Source of the DNA: Lama guanicoe
Taxonomy: Eukaryota
Assembly (NCBI GenBank): GCA_013239625.1
Contig: MU056358.1
Span: 12,535,285 to 12,599,284 of the forward strand
Direction of reading: 5' to 3'
DNA length: 64,000 nucleotides
Under the pieces are notes generated by a model, which had not been told where the DNA came from, did not search any database, and worked only from the letters and a program-made list of their open reading frames with translations. How positions within the stretch are numbered: position 1 is the stretch's first letter; the number at the start of each line of letters is the position of its first letter. Made by a program: the position numbers and the translations under genes. Below are positions 41,901 through 56,861 of this stretch, one piece after another.

Positions 41901-44827
41901 ACTCCCTACCAGAGAGCAGACACTAATAACCAAGCCGAGAGTTACAGAGCACTTTCTATATGCTAGACACTGTGCTTAGCACAATTTGATGCTCCCAGGA
42001 ATCCTAGGGGTTCCTGAAACACAAGGTAGCGAAGTAACCAGTAAGTGATGAAGCAAAGATCCCAAGCAGGCAGGCTGTCAGACTCTAGGGAAATGTGACA
42101 CATGACCACCCCAACCCCCATGGGGCTCTCAGTCTAGACAGGGGACCCAGAGCAAATAAATGGCTTCTTGAGGGTGAATCATCGTCTGCTAGAGGTGTAC
42201 ACGTGGGCTCTGGGTCCCCAGAAGAGATTTCATTTACGGTCATGCATATTTGTTGACTTATATTCTCCACCAAACACTTCCTCCTTTACTACCTCTCTCC
42301 TCATTTGGGGGAAAAAAAAGCAAATTTAAAAATCTAAAATTTTCTTACTGACTAGGAGGACTTTCTTCCCTCTCCCTTGATATTTGTAAGGTAATTACAC
42401 CTGGCTTAAAACAATTGTTTTTCAAGAACCTCTTCTGGATTAGGCATAGTTAGAGGAGTGGAAGTTCAGAGACATCACCCAGAGGGCTGGCCAGCTCCAG
42501 GAGGAAGCGGGCAAGTTGGAACTCCCTCCAACCAAGGCTGTTTCTCAACAAACGCCCAGGGTCACCCAGTCTTTCTGTTTCAGGAGATGAAAAAAAAAAT
42601 CTAAATTTTGCTCTCAATGTTTTAGTAAGGGATACTAATTCAGGTGTTTTGAAAAAACAGGAAAGGACAAAAAACAACATATTTCTCAGGCTGATTTTAG
42701 CCTAGAGATCCCAGGTTACCATTTCTGTTTGAACGATAATGAAGTTTGGTTTCTGCCATGGAGGAGCTCACAACATAGTGATAAGATCATAATGGAAGAG
42801 AGATACAGGAAAAAAAATTATAGTGGGAGAGAAAGATGATAAATGCCAAAGCAAAGGAACATTATACAAGGACTCATAGGGGAATTACACTTTCAGCTGA
42901 GATCTAGCAAAGGGCCGCTGATACAGTATCTGTGCTGGCCTTGAAGGATGCGAGCAATTTTACAGGCAATTACAAGAAAGGGCATGTGAAGTACAGGGCA
43001 GGGGATGAATTAAGCTGCACAGGTGGGAAAGTGCAGGCTGCATAATGGCAAACAGGAAGGGGGCTGTTAAGTTTTCTTGGGCTTGTGAAGGGATGAAGTG
43101 AAAGATACAATTGCTGAGTGGGCCAGATTTGCACTGTGGAATTCACTGGGGTAATTTTTTCGATCAGGTGTAGTTCCAAGATACACCAATACATAAGATG
43201 TTAGGCATCCTTCAATAAAGGAAATAAATTACAATTAAGTCTGGTAGTCCAAAACTTGGGGAAAGGCTATATACCCTATCAGTTCCTGGATGATTCTCAA
43301 AACAGACTCACGAATTCAATGCTCTAAGAACTAACCTCTGCATCCAGTAATGAAACCCGTTCAGCTGGGTTCATCCAGCTTGTTATTTGATCACAGAACT
43401 TTTCTGTTCTTAGAACATTTATTTTTACCCTAAAAAGAAAAAAAAAATTTCAATGTTTCTGGATACAACAGGAAAGCCAGTTAAGCCTTCATGCAATGGA
43501 GGGATGGGATACTGGCGGTTGTGATGCCTGCAAGGCATAGTAGGAGGAGCGTGAACCAGAAAAAAAGGGAAGGACTAGACACAGAAACTCATCTAGGAGG
43601 CTATGACAGTAGTCCACGGTAATAAGAATGGTTTCCTATTGCACAGCTCTCCCTGTGTGCTAGACGTCACTTGAGGTGCTGCTCCTGCCATACATGTTGT
43701 GATGAGAACCAGGGTGAGGGTACAAGCAGCAGTCAGTGTCCAGCTTCAGGGACAAATGGGTCAGCCAGTATTCACCATCCCCCTTCCCATGCTCTCAGCT
43801 TCCTCTATAATTTTTCCCTTTTTTCCCTCAGTACTGGTGCATGTGCCCTGTAACTCCAACTTGAAAGAAAACAAACATTTGATATTTGAAACCTGCCATG
43901 AAACCACTTGGCCAATGATTGAGATTCATTCCCCTCTCTTTATTGCTCTTTCTTTAAGCTCTGAAATAAGCTAGAACTAACTAACAGGGAAAATAGGTCA
44001 TTAACAGTGCCAAATCCTGCTTTCTCTTTTTCTCCTCTGGGGTGCTAACACATAAGGATCCACAGCCAAAAGAAAACAAATTCCAATTTTTGTTAATAAA
44101 TGAGCAAGTGCTTGAGTTCCGTCCCACCTTCCTGCCCCTACAACACTGCTCTGATATTCGGCAAGACTAGACTTGCCTGTAAACTCGGCAAGACTACTAG
44201 GCAAAGGTCGTAATTTTTTCAAAAGGCTTTGGTTTCCCACAGTCCCTCTTTAAGTGGCTGGATCTTTAGAGCAGATTCCAAGCCTTCTTATCCAAGCATC
44301 CATTGGTCTCAGTAGTGAATGCTGGGACTTCCTTCCTCACCTGATGCAGGTGGAACAGAGAGCCCGGAGGATGGTCAGCTGCTAGGCAGATGCCACCGTG
44401 TCTGTAGCGCCTGGAGGCTGGATGTGCAAATGTGGGCATGAAGATGACTGAGGCTGGCCCTGAGAATTTGATACCTCCATCAGTCGGCCACAGGAGGTAG
44501 AGGAATATCTGCAGATTCTCTTTTGTAGAGGAGAAAAATAAGATGGGAAAGGATGGAAACTAAGCAGCAAAAATGCCCTTTCCTTAGGGCTGAGGTAAAA
44601 CATGTTCTGGGAACCAAAGTACTCCTTTGCCCCCAAAAGATACTATTTCAGGAAAGCTGGACAAATCTTCTGCCCCATCATCAATAATGTATCTGTGATG
44701 GCCTTTCACACTGTCCTCGATGGTCTCTTTCAATATGAACATCCCTGAAAGGGGTAACCTAAACAGAACCTAGTACTTGGATGGGAATTGGTTTTGCTTG
44801 GGGCCACATGGGAAGCTTGGGTATTGG

Positions 44828-45313
44828 TGTTACTGAATGCAAGTTGGAGTGCCCAATGCACAGAGTCCAAACCAACCGAAACGCTGGAGTTTGGAGCAAA
44901 GAAAGGTTTATTGCAGGGCCAAGCTAGGAGAAGGGGTTGGGGAGCAGGCAGGGAGGACTCGTATCCAAAAAGCACTGAACTCCCCAGAGGGTTTCAGCAA
45001 AGCATATTTAAAGGCCAGGTGAAGGAGGGGTGGGTCGAAGGGTACGTGATCACCTCGTGCATGTCTCTGGTTGATGCTGAGGTAAGGGAGCAGCCAACAT
45101 TCTCAACTCCTAGCTCCAGAAGGTCTGAGAGCCAGGTGCTCACAATCATCAAGTAGTTAATTTCTAGCATTTGGAGTTGGTTTTCAGCATATGAAAAACT
45201 TAGGAAATATGCATGAGATAGTATTATCTGGGTACTTCAGAGAGGAGCTACAGCAGAGGATACAGGGGAGGGGTCTGTCCTAGGAAGGCCCCAGAGGGTC
45301 CTGCTTGGTTACA
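44828..45313 (-). mobile_element. Solo LTR, ERV1-like, 486 bp, 4 bp TSD
   Basis: Termini TGTTAC...GTTACA; TSD ttgg at 44824-44827 and 45314-45317; minus-strand AATAAA (tttatt at 44907-44912). Confidence 0.88.
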
Positions 45314-45571
45314 TTGGGAACAAGAAGGTTTGCTGAGGAAAAAAAAGAGGAAAAGAAAAAGGAAGTGGAAGCGCCCCCAGGATAGTCATGTCTCCTTCAG
45401 AATTACACACCTGTTTGGACGCTGATATGCAAATGCTGTCATTTTCTCCTCTGATTTCAAGGATGACTTGGGGTAAAGTTCTGGATGTTAACAATGCCCC
45501 ACCCCTGGTTTTTCAATAAAAATGGTATCTGGGAAATGTGGGAATTTATGCAGGAAAATTATGTGTATGAC

Positions 45572-45813
45572 TTAATAATAGATAAAATTAACTTGGTGAT
45601 AGAATCCTAACATATCCCCTAAGCATAACAATTATATATTATATATAAGTGTATATTAATATGTTATATGATATATGCTATAGGTTCTATGTAAGTATAC
45701 ATTATCTAATTATGTAACATATTGATATATAATTATATATAATACATATAATTAGTACACCTAAGGGATATGTTAGGGTTCTAGCATCAAGTTAATTTGG
45801 TCTACTTTATTAA
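45572..45813. repeat. AT-rich imperfect inverted repeat, about 240 bp
   Basis: Left arm aaattaacttggtgatagaatcctaacatatccc versus reverse complement of the right arm aaattaacttgatgctagaaccctaacatatccc. Confidence 0.9.
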
Positions 45814-47402
45814 TTTAACTCAATTGGAGGAACAGTTAGAAGACTCGTCTGAGCTAAAATGGTTTCTGGGGTTGATTAATTTCTAGGAATATCTTCTAAG
45901 AAGGAACAAAATAGCCAGATTTATGATACCCTTTGCACCCTTATTTTTAGAATAATTCAAAATAGAAATTATGGCACAAATTGAGGTGAAAGATGTAAAG
46001 CAATTACTTTCAATTTTGTCACCTTAATTATTTCCAGCAGAACAGAAACCCTTTCAGAGAGATGTGGGTCTGGAACCTTTTAAAAGTGTGTGGACGTGCT
46101 GGATGCCCTGACAAGGTCACTTGTTCAGGGATGCAGCCAGTCTCGGTGAGGACAAGACCAGGCTATGCTACAGTGGTTTAGGAAAAACATGACAACGTAA
46201 CAATAGACCTGCATGTTGGGAGGAGAAGTCATTTCTTTTCCCGGTAGGAAAACCTCACAGAGAGTCAGATGCATGTTCAGGCGTGCGTAAGGCAAGAGAA
46301 TAGAAATTAATTTGCTTCTCCCGTAGAAACTGCAGTCTCCGCGTGCTCAGCCACCGTGCTTATCTTTGGAAGTTCATCCTCTGAGGCTGAATAAAATTTC
46401 TGCTATTTGGCTTTTTATGTACAGTAGTACATTGTTTGCTTAAAAACAGAAAGCTCATTTGATCAAGTATCCTTGCTACCGTGATCATGTTCTTCAAAAT
46501 ATTAGCTCCGCTACTAGCTGTCAAATGAGGTTTTAATAGTTGGCACTGTGGGCTTCCGTCACCTCTCGGAAAGGGATTTTCCCAGCCGTTTACGCCTTCT
46601 GTCCCTATCATGGTTCACTCTCCTACAGCATTTAGAAGTGGAGCACAGCGGGTGAAGTGATTTAAGGGCAAGACAATGGGAAACGGATGCCTCTTTTAAA
46701 ACAAAGTCCTGGCCACATACTTCGATCTAGCATTGTGTTGGGGAAAGCATTTTTTTAAAATCTACGCTCTAATGTTTGACATAGTCACATTTTCAAACAT
46801 GAGGCCAGATTAAATTTGCCCTAGAATTCACAAATTTTTTGCACAAAATTGAAAACCTTTGGTGAGGGTTGCAAAGTCACAGTGTTCTTGGGTGCTTAGA
46901 TTTGTGCCGGAGGCACGGCATTCAATAGGAGACAGCTCCCACAAACATCCCACTGCCCGCTCCCCGATAACGACTCTTCTGGCTGTGAGCCTGCTCTAAA
47001 AGGGTACACGACACCTGCCCCTGCGACGCACAGCAGATGGCTGCTTTCCTACACAGTGACTGACAGCAAGGAGACACCCAGCTGACTTGACTGGTTTTCA
47101 AAAAGGATAAAAGGAAAATCACGGAGATCTGCGGGACACAGGGTCTGTACTAGAGGTGAGAGTGAGGTGGGGACAGGGTTCGGTAAAGCTGTTGACAGAT
47201 GTGAAAGGCAGAGGACTTTGAAGGAGAATACTAAAAGGACTCTGTCAGCTGGAAATGACTGTAGGAAGGAAAAGAGACTAGGTAATCGTAACCTGGACAT
47301 TATAGCAACAAAGAATGTATCTGGCATTGGTGTTTTTCATTTACAAAGAGGTGTGAGATTATCCAAATATTTCCAAGAATCCAAACATAAATTACCACAG
47401 AC

Positions 47403-47630
47403 CAGGGTTTCTCAGTTTTGGCACTACTGACATTCTGGGCTGGGTGGCTGTTTGTTGTGAGGGTGTGTTCTGTGTGTTGTGCTCTGGTTAGCTACACCCC
47501 AGGCCTCTGCCCACTAGATGCCAGCAGGATCCCGCCCTGAGTCGTAACAACCAAACTGTCTCCAGACAGTTGCAACCACAATGCAGATATTTTCTTGGGG
47601 GGCAAAACCACCCATGGCTGAGAACCACTG
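47403..47630. mobile_element. MER20 (hAT-Charlie) DNA transposon
   Basis: TIRs cagggtttctca...tgagaaccactg; internal ggcactactgacatt, ctagatgccagcag and aaccaaactgtctccagaca. Confidence 0.88.
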
Positions 47631-47638
47631 GCCTAGAC

Positions 47639-47790
47639 CAGTGGCCTGTAACCTTGGCTGCATAATATCACAGTGAACTCTCAAAATACAAGTGCAAAGA
47701 GCCATTTCCTAAGATTGATACTTGATCGGTTTCTGGTATGGCTCCATCATTGGCATGGGTTTTAAGTTCCTGAGATGATACTTTTCAGTC
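47639..47790. mobile_element. MER5-like hAT fragment
   Basis: cagtgg...aaccttggctgcataatatcac...aagttcctgagatgat. Confidence 0.55.
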
Positions 47791-48158
47791 TAATGAGTCT
47801 AACGATCAGCTTAGGAAACAGTGAGTGAATGCCTACTATGTGCCCAGCCCTGCCTTAGATGATGAGGGTGCAAAGATAAATGAGACATCGTTCTTAGCCT
47901 AGAGAGGTTTAGAATCTAGTGAAGAGACGGACACAGTGGATACTTTTCCAAGATGCTATACTCAATTTCCTTAAGGTTTAATTTACAGAACACTACATCA
48001 GCACAGAGGAAGAGCTGGTAGCCTAATGACACAATGTCTGAGGTATCACTACATCTCCGCTGGAACTGCTACAGCAACAATAAGGAAGAGAAGTAACAGG
48101 AACTCGTGTCCGTAGCAGTTTCACTACTGTATACATGTACATACCTGCGTACGCTTGT

Positions 48159-48182
48159 ACACACACACACACACACACACAC
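48159..48182. repeat. (AC)n microsatellite
   Basis: Run of ac repeats. Confidence 0.9.
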
Positions 48183-48214
48183 GCACCAGAAATGCACACA
48201 TGTATTGGAATGGT

Positions 48215-48669
48215 CATAGCATCATGCAGGAGATGCTCTCAGTGCCTCCCCCAAATCCCCTTAGCACTCACTACTCTCATACATGTCAATGGCTTCCTAA
48301 TGTAAACATCTGTGACTCTCAGCCAGGGAGTTTTCTCTGGCTGCGGGGCCATCTCTGGCTGTCCCAAAAGCAGGCTGCAATTCCTGAAGTTACTATCCCT
48401 GGAACAGCCATCAACCAATGACAAACGAGAGTCAAGTCATCCCATCCAAGCTGGTGAGTAGCTGTGGGATTATGTCCCAGGTCACATTCCCTGCTCTCTC
48501 CCAAAGGACCTCAGTGGGAACGAGGCCCACTGGCGCTCATCCAGGTTCTCTGTAGTGGACTCAGTCCTGTCTATACTTACTTCTCCATTCCCCTATGAAC
48601 TCCCAGATCAACTACTCAAACCCAAATCTCATCTTGGGGTTTGCTTCTAAGATAACCCAGCTAAAGACA
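48215..48669 (+). mobile_element. Old ERVL-class LTR (LTR16-like)
   Basis: gaacagccatcaaccaatgac...; 3' end cccaaatctcatcttggggtttgcttctaagataacccagctaaagaca. Confidence 0.6.
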
Positions 48670-48699
48670 CAGCCTTACTCATATAAGCAAAACACTTAA

Positions 48700-49100
48700 A
48701 AAAGGAAGGAAAAAAGAGAATGTCCATCAACAGAAGCACAGCTAAATAAGTGGTAGAACATCCATATAATAAAATACTACGCATCAATAAAATGAACCAA
48801 CTATAGCTTCTTATTATTATGTGAATGATTCTCACCAAACTTAATTCTGAGCAGATGTTATAAACAAAATAATACATACTTTATGATTACTACATCAATA
48901 GAAAGTTAATACTAGGCAGCACTTGTTCATGGCACTAAAACGCAAGATGGTGGTACCTTTGGGAAGAAGGAAGGGCAGGTGGGGACAGGAATAAGGGGGT
49001 AATATTCCATTCTTAACATCCCTAACGTTACATGGGTTGTCACTCGGTGATTATTCACTTATTCTTACTTTTTCTGTAGTATTTCAATGAAAAGTTTTAA
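48700..49100 (+). mobile_element. Old L1M 3' fragment
   Basis: aatgtccatcaacagaag...catccatataataaaatactac...gaatgattctcac...atttcaatgaaaagttttaa. Confidence 0.7.
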
Positions 49101-51239
49101 AGAATCTTAACAGTCATTGTTTAGATGATGTAACAGAATTAGGACGTGGGGAAGAGTGGGGAGAAAAACATGTGGTAGTTACATTAGCTCTCGTTGAAGA
49201 GGGTCCCTAACCAAAGATTCAGTGGCCACCGGGCACCTTCCAGCTAAAATCAGTAAAATAAGCAAAGGCAGGTCCTGAGCCTGACCCCTTAACTGGGGTT
49301 GATGACGACTGTAATCTCACTAATTTTCATTCCCTGCTGTTTGCTCTATACCTTGCCTCCACAATCTTCATTTTAAGAGTGGATTGTTCCTTTCTGCATG
49401 GCCTCATGGGCTGAAAATTTCAGCCATAATATGTAGAATGTAGGTAGGAAAACCAGTAAAATATGTAATGAAGCATTAGAAGTGTTAGCCGTGCTAACTT
49501 CTCAGACCTGAAGAGAAGTCCTTTCAAAAGTCTCAGCACTCCAAGAAAGCTATGCTCTGTCAAAAGCTTTTCTCGAACACTCCTCTTCACCGCGCACCTA
49601 GGTGCTCCCTGAGACAGCGCCCACACATCCAGCGGTGCTGGGCCCAGCAGCTACGCTCCGTTGATAAATAACCACGGAAATGCTTCAGCAGTTATGTTCC
49701 TCATCGGTAGGCAAATTAATTAGAAAGCCAAGGAATCACTTGGATTCTCTCCTGTCTTCCTGCTGCAGGATGGTTGTACGCGATTCTCTTGGCTCTAGCC
49801 TAAGGATCTTGATTTCTTCACCTCCTGCCCTCTAACAAGGTCTTTCAAAGGAAATACCATTTTCTGTCTTCTCAGCTGTGCCTTTATTCCAATCTGTCAG
49901 ATTAGTTCACAGAAACTTCAGGAAGGGTCTGGTTGTAAAATTGGAGCCATGTTGCTGCTGGTGCTTTTGCAATCTTCATTAGTATTTATGGATGTGAACC
50001 CAGCAGTGGCAGTTATATTCCCATTACCAAGAGCCTGTAAAGAGCCACATTATTGTCTTACCTTAATTGGACTTCTGTCTGAGAGGAAAAAATAGAGAAC
50101 TCATTTAATTTTCTCCTGCCATTGACCTATGATATTTGTAAGGCTTTTATAGATTTGCCTCATCTCTGCCAAATGGGCCCTAGGAAGGCTGGTCACCTAG
50201 TTGCTAAACTTCTCAAATAAATCCATTTGAAAACTGGGGTCAGAACACATTGGATCATGAGCTAAACAGAGAAGTCATTCTCCTGACTTGGAAAGATCAG
50301 GCTTCCTCTGAAAAATGGGGACCTGATTTTGAGGCACTAGAGCAGTGAAGGAGATTTTGGAGAAGGTTTCAAGTCTTTGTTGGGGAAAGAAAAAAAAAAA
50401 CTAAAAAGCTCCGCCACCTTTCGAGTTCTTTTCCTCCCTTTAGTTTGGGTTATTTCATGCTTTTACAACAACAACAACAAAGGTGAAATCATTTATTTTT
50501 CCATTTTGAATGACGCTTGCTTCCTTGGTGAGCTCCAACTCAAGAAACAGGAAACTCCCCAGGGTTTCCTCACTCTAAAGAACTGTTCAACTCATCTCCA
50601 GAGAACCACGGTTCTGGTTCATTGCACTGGAACTCTTTCCCAGGTGAGTCATTTGGCTCAGAGGCAACTCTAAGTGCATCAGGAAGGTGACAGGATCAAT
50701 ACCCTAGGGCTTCAAGCTACTCTGTCACTTGAAGTCACTCCAGCAGCACCTAAGAAGGAGCTTGGTTTTCCTACCTGCCTCCTCACTACCCAAGTCAGTT
50801 GTGTGTGGATTAACCGTTCAGGTGCAGGACTATTCTCCCTTATGGAATATTTGACACACAAGGTCTACCTTTCTCTTCTAGGTTCTCCTTTTGCTCTTTT
50901 TTTCTTTACAACAGACACAGCCGCCTTTTATTCCAAACTACAGATCTGGGCACTTTTGCTGACAATGGATTTTTGTTTAAAATTTGTAATGGATTCATTT
51001 GAAGTCTTTTAATGTGTTTTCTGGATTCAAATGAATTAGACACTAGACCATACTTTGTTACATGTTTAACAAGACAAACTTGGTAAAAGGCAAATTTATA
51101 TTAAAAAACATAATTCCACTAAAGGACTGTTTGTTTGTTCACCACCCACGTATCAAGCACTTGTTATAGTATTTGCAGCAGTAGCATTTTCATAACTTAT
51201 TTACTTTGCAAGCTGTTCTGCTAGACCTGGCTCTGTTAT

Positions 51240-53060
51240 TCCTTATACTTTTTTCTAACTTTATAATTCCTTTATTTTTATCCAAATAACACATGAACAC
51301 AATTTTTATGTGAATTTGACAAGCTTATAAGAAAGAGCAATAGTCTCTTGTCACCCTTTCCAAGGCCAAGTCCGTTCCATTATGCACCTTGACTCTTTTG
51401 ACAATGTCTTATACTTGTTTTCTCTTTCGCCCTTTCTAAAATGTCTGTTGATTGAATGGTGAAATTCCACAGAATATTCTAAAATTTTTTATTTTATTTT
51501 CTACCTTCCTTCTCAGCATTTTTGCCAAACTTTTAGAGTTTTCTTTAATTTTCAATTCTTATATTGAATTTCTGTTTCTGCTTTCATTTTCAAAACTTCA
51601 TTCTTGTTCTCTGAATGTTCCTTTTTAAGGACAACCCATACCTATCTCACAGACCCAGCGTCTTTTCTTATCTCTCTGGGCTCTTCATTGTTCTCAAGCT
51701 TTTGTCTTTGGCTCTCTCTGTATTGTCCATTTTCACTCCAACTTCCTTTTTCTGGCTGATTTCGTCTTTCTCTTTCAGGTTGGAACTTAACTCAAACGTC
51801 TGGTGACCCTTGACTGTCAATTTACAATTTCCTTTTATATTATTGTATTTTGAATAGGTAATATAATCACATGCTTCAGAATGCAAAAAATATATAAAAG
51901 AATTCAGTAAAAATTTCCCTCCCATCTTTACCATGCATCTGCTCACTTCCTGTCTCTTGCCATTGGTAACCACTGTCCTTGAACATCCTTCCAGAGTTCC
52001 TTCATGTACATAAGAGAAAAAAGAATAGATTCTTCTGTTTTCCTCATTTACATAAAAGATAGCATATTAAATGTTAAGTGTACTGTATTATACTTTGTTT
52101 TACATTAACAATATGACCTTTAGATTTTTTTATAGCTCCAAAATGTGTGCAACATAGAACACTTCATCTTTTTCGTAGCTGTATAGTATTCTGAATCTGC
52201 ATGTGTTGAGTCTATTTATGGATATCACATACAACTCCACTGTTTTTTTCCACGTACTCATGAGTCAGCATCACATTGTTTTAATGATTGAGGCACTATA
52301 ATATATAATAATATCTGGTAGTGCTAGTGTTCCCTCATTGCTTTTTTTTTTTCCTGGCTATTTTTAATGAATAAGTTTTTCATATGAACTTTGGGATCAA
52401 CTTGTTTAATTTTTCAAAAAGTTGGCATTTTTTTTTGAAATTTATTATTTATATATTGTCATCATCATCATTATTACTATTAAAAATCAACTAAGACAGA
52501 ATCAAATACTATCCAAGAATATGGTGTGCCTTTTCATTTATTCTAGAATTCTTTTGTGCCTTTCATATAGGTCTTTCACCTATTATATGTATCTTGAGTT
52601 TTCTTTATCATTCTTGATGCTATTTAAATAGAGTTTTTTCTTTCTGATTATAATTTGTATATATAAACTATTTTTTCCAATATGTCTTAGCATATCTCTT
52701 AGTAATTCACAATTATCAATAGAAGCATTTGATCATTACTACAATCCCAGTCCCCAAATGTGATAGGCAGGAGAAATAAACCTTGCAGCATTAGCCCTCT
52801 AGAAAGACAAGGTTAATTAATACATTTTATTTGTGTTTGGAAGAGTAAATCCTTAAATTTTAATTTTTAAATATTTTTGTTATGAAATACTGAATGATAG
52901 AAAGAATATACTTAATTCAATGCAAGTTATGAAGCACAACAATAAAACAATTATCCATGAAAAACACTCCATCCAGACAAGAAACAATATAACAAATTGA
53001 TATCCATTTGTGTGCTCTTCCCTAACCCATTCCTTTGCATAGACTAAATACAGTTTTATG
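51240..53060 (-). mobile_element. Degraded L1M fragments
   Basis: T-rich sequence with antisense L1-like motifs (catatgaactttgggatcaacttg, tatctggtagtgctagt). Confidence 0.55.
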
Positions 53061-53974
53061 TAACATAAGAATTCTGATACGGATTCCTACTTCTGAAAAT
53101 ATAGTAATGATGTTTCAACTCCTGTGTTCATTTGTCCTAACAGATATTAAAGCATACTCTAAAGCTGTAATAGTTGCAAAAAGATCATACTGCTGTAGAA
53201 AGAGATCAAGAGAAACAATAAGTAACATAACAAATATCATGTAATTAAATATCCAGCAAATATTATAAACCAGTAGAAAATGATCAATTTATTTAGCATT
53301 TTTCACTTATAATTTGTATTCATACTAAAATTTGCTGATTAGGGCCAGAGTTAGAAACGCTGATTTGCCTAAGGATATACAACTATTGAAAGACAGACAT
53401 GAGAATCACATGTAGTCCATCTAAATCCAAAATGGTGCACTCATCTGCTACTTCATCCTGTCTCACTATGAACTTGAAGCCAATCCAGTACAGACACACA
53501 CAGACACACGTGATGGGTTTGGGGGGGATGTGGCAGAAAACTAGGCGAAGTTTAGGAAAGTCAAATGCAGGTGAGATCACAAGATCACTAAAAGAAAATA
53601 AATCATAGTAAGTGAGGGATAAAGTTTAACTACATTTGCTAACAGACTTTGTATGGGGTATGACATGTTACTATAAATACTCATCCCCGATGCTCTACCA
53701 GCACCTATGTGCCCTACATTAGAGAAGAGGTAATATACCAAATATCTGGTAAAATGTGGGTTTTCTTTCACCAAGGACTCAAGCAACTCACTGAAGGACT
53801 TGTTTCCTCCATAAAATAACTAGTTTGAAGAAGAGTAAGATGTTTCCCACTGGTTGGAACAACATGAGCCCCAGAGAAGGTGGAACTCAGGGAGAGCTCG
53901 GGGAGGAGTCAAGAAAAACAGAAAATACTGCGGAGTAAAAGACTGCAGTGTCTTTGAAATTCCACTTTCTCATC

Positions 53975-54360
53975 CATAGTTGCAGTGAAACACATCAGCT
54001 AAGCCACGTTTCCCTGCTTCTCTTGAAGTTAAGTGTGACCCTGTAACTCATTTCTACTCGATAAATGTGGGAAAAAAAAAAGCCACTTCCAGGTTCACAC
54101 TTTTAGAAAGCAGGTCTACACGCTTCACACTCTTTCTCCTTCCACTGAGTGGACACTGATGAGAAGGAAGCCCTATGAGTTGGAATAGCTTCAAGATGGA
54201 AGGAATCTGGGTCCCTGAATCACTGTGTGGAAAAGAGATACACACAAGCCAAGACCTCAGCCTGCTGCATGAGGGAGAAGTAAAATTCCGTTGTGTTCGA
54301 GCTCTTAAACAAGTTAGGGTCTGTTTACAAATACAGGCAAGCCTACTCTGACTAATAGAC
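53975..54360 (+). mobile_element. MLT1-family MaLR LTR
   Basis: aagatggaaggaatctgggtccctgaatcactg...tagggtctgtttac...ctactctgactaata. Confidence 0.7.
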
Positions 54361-55297
54361 TTTGTTTGTGCGTCACAGAGACATCAGTCACATTCTTCTA
54401 CATTTAAGAAAAAAAATAGGTAGGCAGTGTGAAATAGCAGGCACAGAGTAGAGCAGAGAAGATGGCATGAAAATGAGTGATTAGAATGGCAGATGTTGGC
54501 AAGAGAGACATGAGCAGCAGCTGGAAGGGAGGAACAGAGATACTCCGAGATCTGCTGCTCTTAGGCACTGCAGAAAGCTCTAAGAAAGGGACAGGGCTGA
54601 GCACTGCTGATCCTGTAGGATCCTATACTGTTAGGAACAAACTTTACAGTATAATTACCCAGTTTCTATATACTGTTGGTGAGTTCAGAATACTCAGGTT
54701 GTACGTGTTTATGTGGACAGGAGTGTGTTAATTATAGACACATGTATATATGTAGTCAGAATGAGTATACTCCCAAACATGAAAATACTATGGTTGAAGG
54801 ATTAGGGGTAAGTTTTCTGTTTTCTCCCCCTCTGAATCAACTGTTTGAGAGAAGCGTATCATTCATTTAAAAGGCAATTTTTTTTCTTGATTCTGAAGGA
54901 GAAAAATTCGTCCTTTTAATTTAATATTTTCATGAAAATATTTAATTTCTGTCCCTAAATATGCAGTAAGGAAGAGAGATGAAATTTTGTCCAATTCCTA
55001 TTGTGGAATCTTTCAAGAAACGAATATTTATATACCACACAGAATACGACTGCAAGTTTGTCTGTTCCTCTGTTACATAATCTGCCTTTAAAGGCAGACA
55101 CTGTATTGTACTCGTGATTATCCCTGGCACTTGGCACACAGAGGCACTCAGGAATGCTAAGTGAATGAATTTATGAATGCTTGAGTACTCCAGTAGCTTT
55201 TAATATGTAAATTCAATAGTAAATGATAAATGATCTCAGCCTTGGAGTCCCTGGTTCCTATTTCAGTTTTGCTAAGTGTATGATATAAAGTAATTGA

Positions 55298-56428
<1,131 letters not shown>

Positions 56429-56719
56429 GTAAGTCTTTGAATGGTTTCTTCTTTTCCTTCTAGAGTTTAAAAGACTCCTTTTATTTTATCTCAGCCATTA
56501 TGTCACTAAATTATAAATGCCATTGTGAACTTCCATTTTGTATACGGTAATTAATTCAATGTGTTTTTAAAAGCATTTAATTAGTGTCTACTCTGTGGAA
56601 AGCACTGTGCTAGGCACAGAGAGGAAGGTAACTGTAAATGGCATGGTCATTCAAGCAGTTTATAATCTATTGGAAGAAAAGTATAACACACATGCACAGA
56701 CACCCTTAAAACTTCTAAT

Positions 56720-56861
56720 CAAAAAATATCAAAACGAAAATATGTATGCTCATGTATGACTGGAGCATTATGCTGTACACTAGAAATTGACACAACATTG
56801 TAAACTGACTATACTACAATTAAATACATATATATGTAAAAATAAATAAGTAAAATTTTAA
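56720..56861 (+). mobile_element. Very short L1 3' end with 12 bp TSD
   Basis: tatgctgtacactagaaattgacacaacattgtaaactgactatac plus an A-rich tail. TSD aaaacttctaat at 56708-56719 and 56862-56873, at a TT/AAAA endonuclease site. Confidence 0.9.

Noticed and set aside
49598-49645. Partial REST/RE1-like half-sites (agacagcgcc, ggtgct)
   Set aside because: Orientation and spacing do not fit the canonical RE1.
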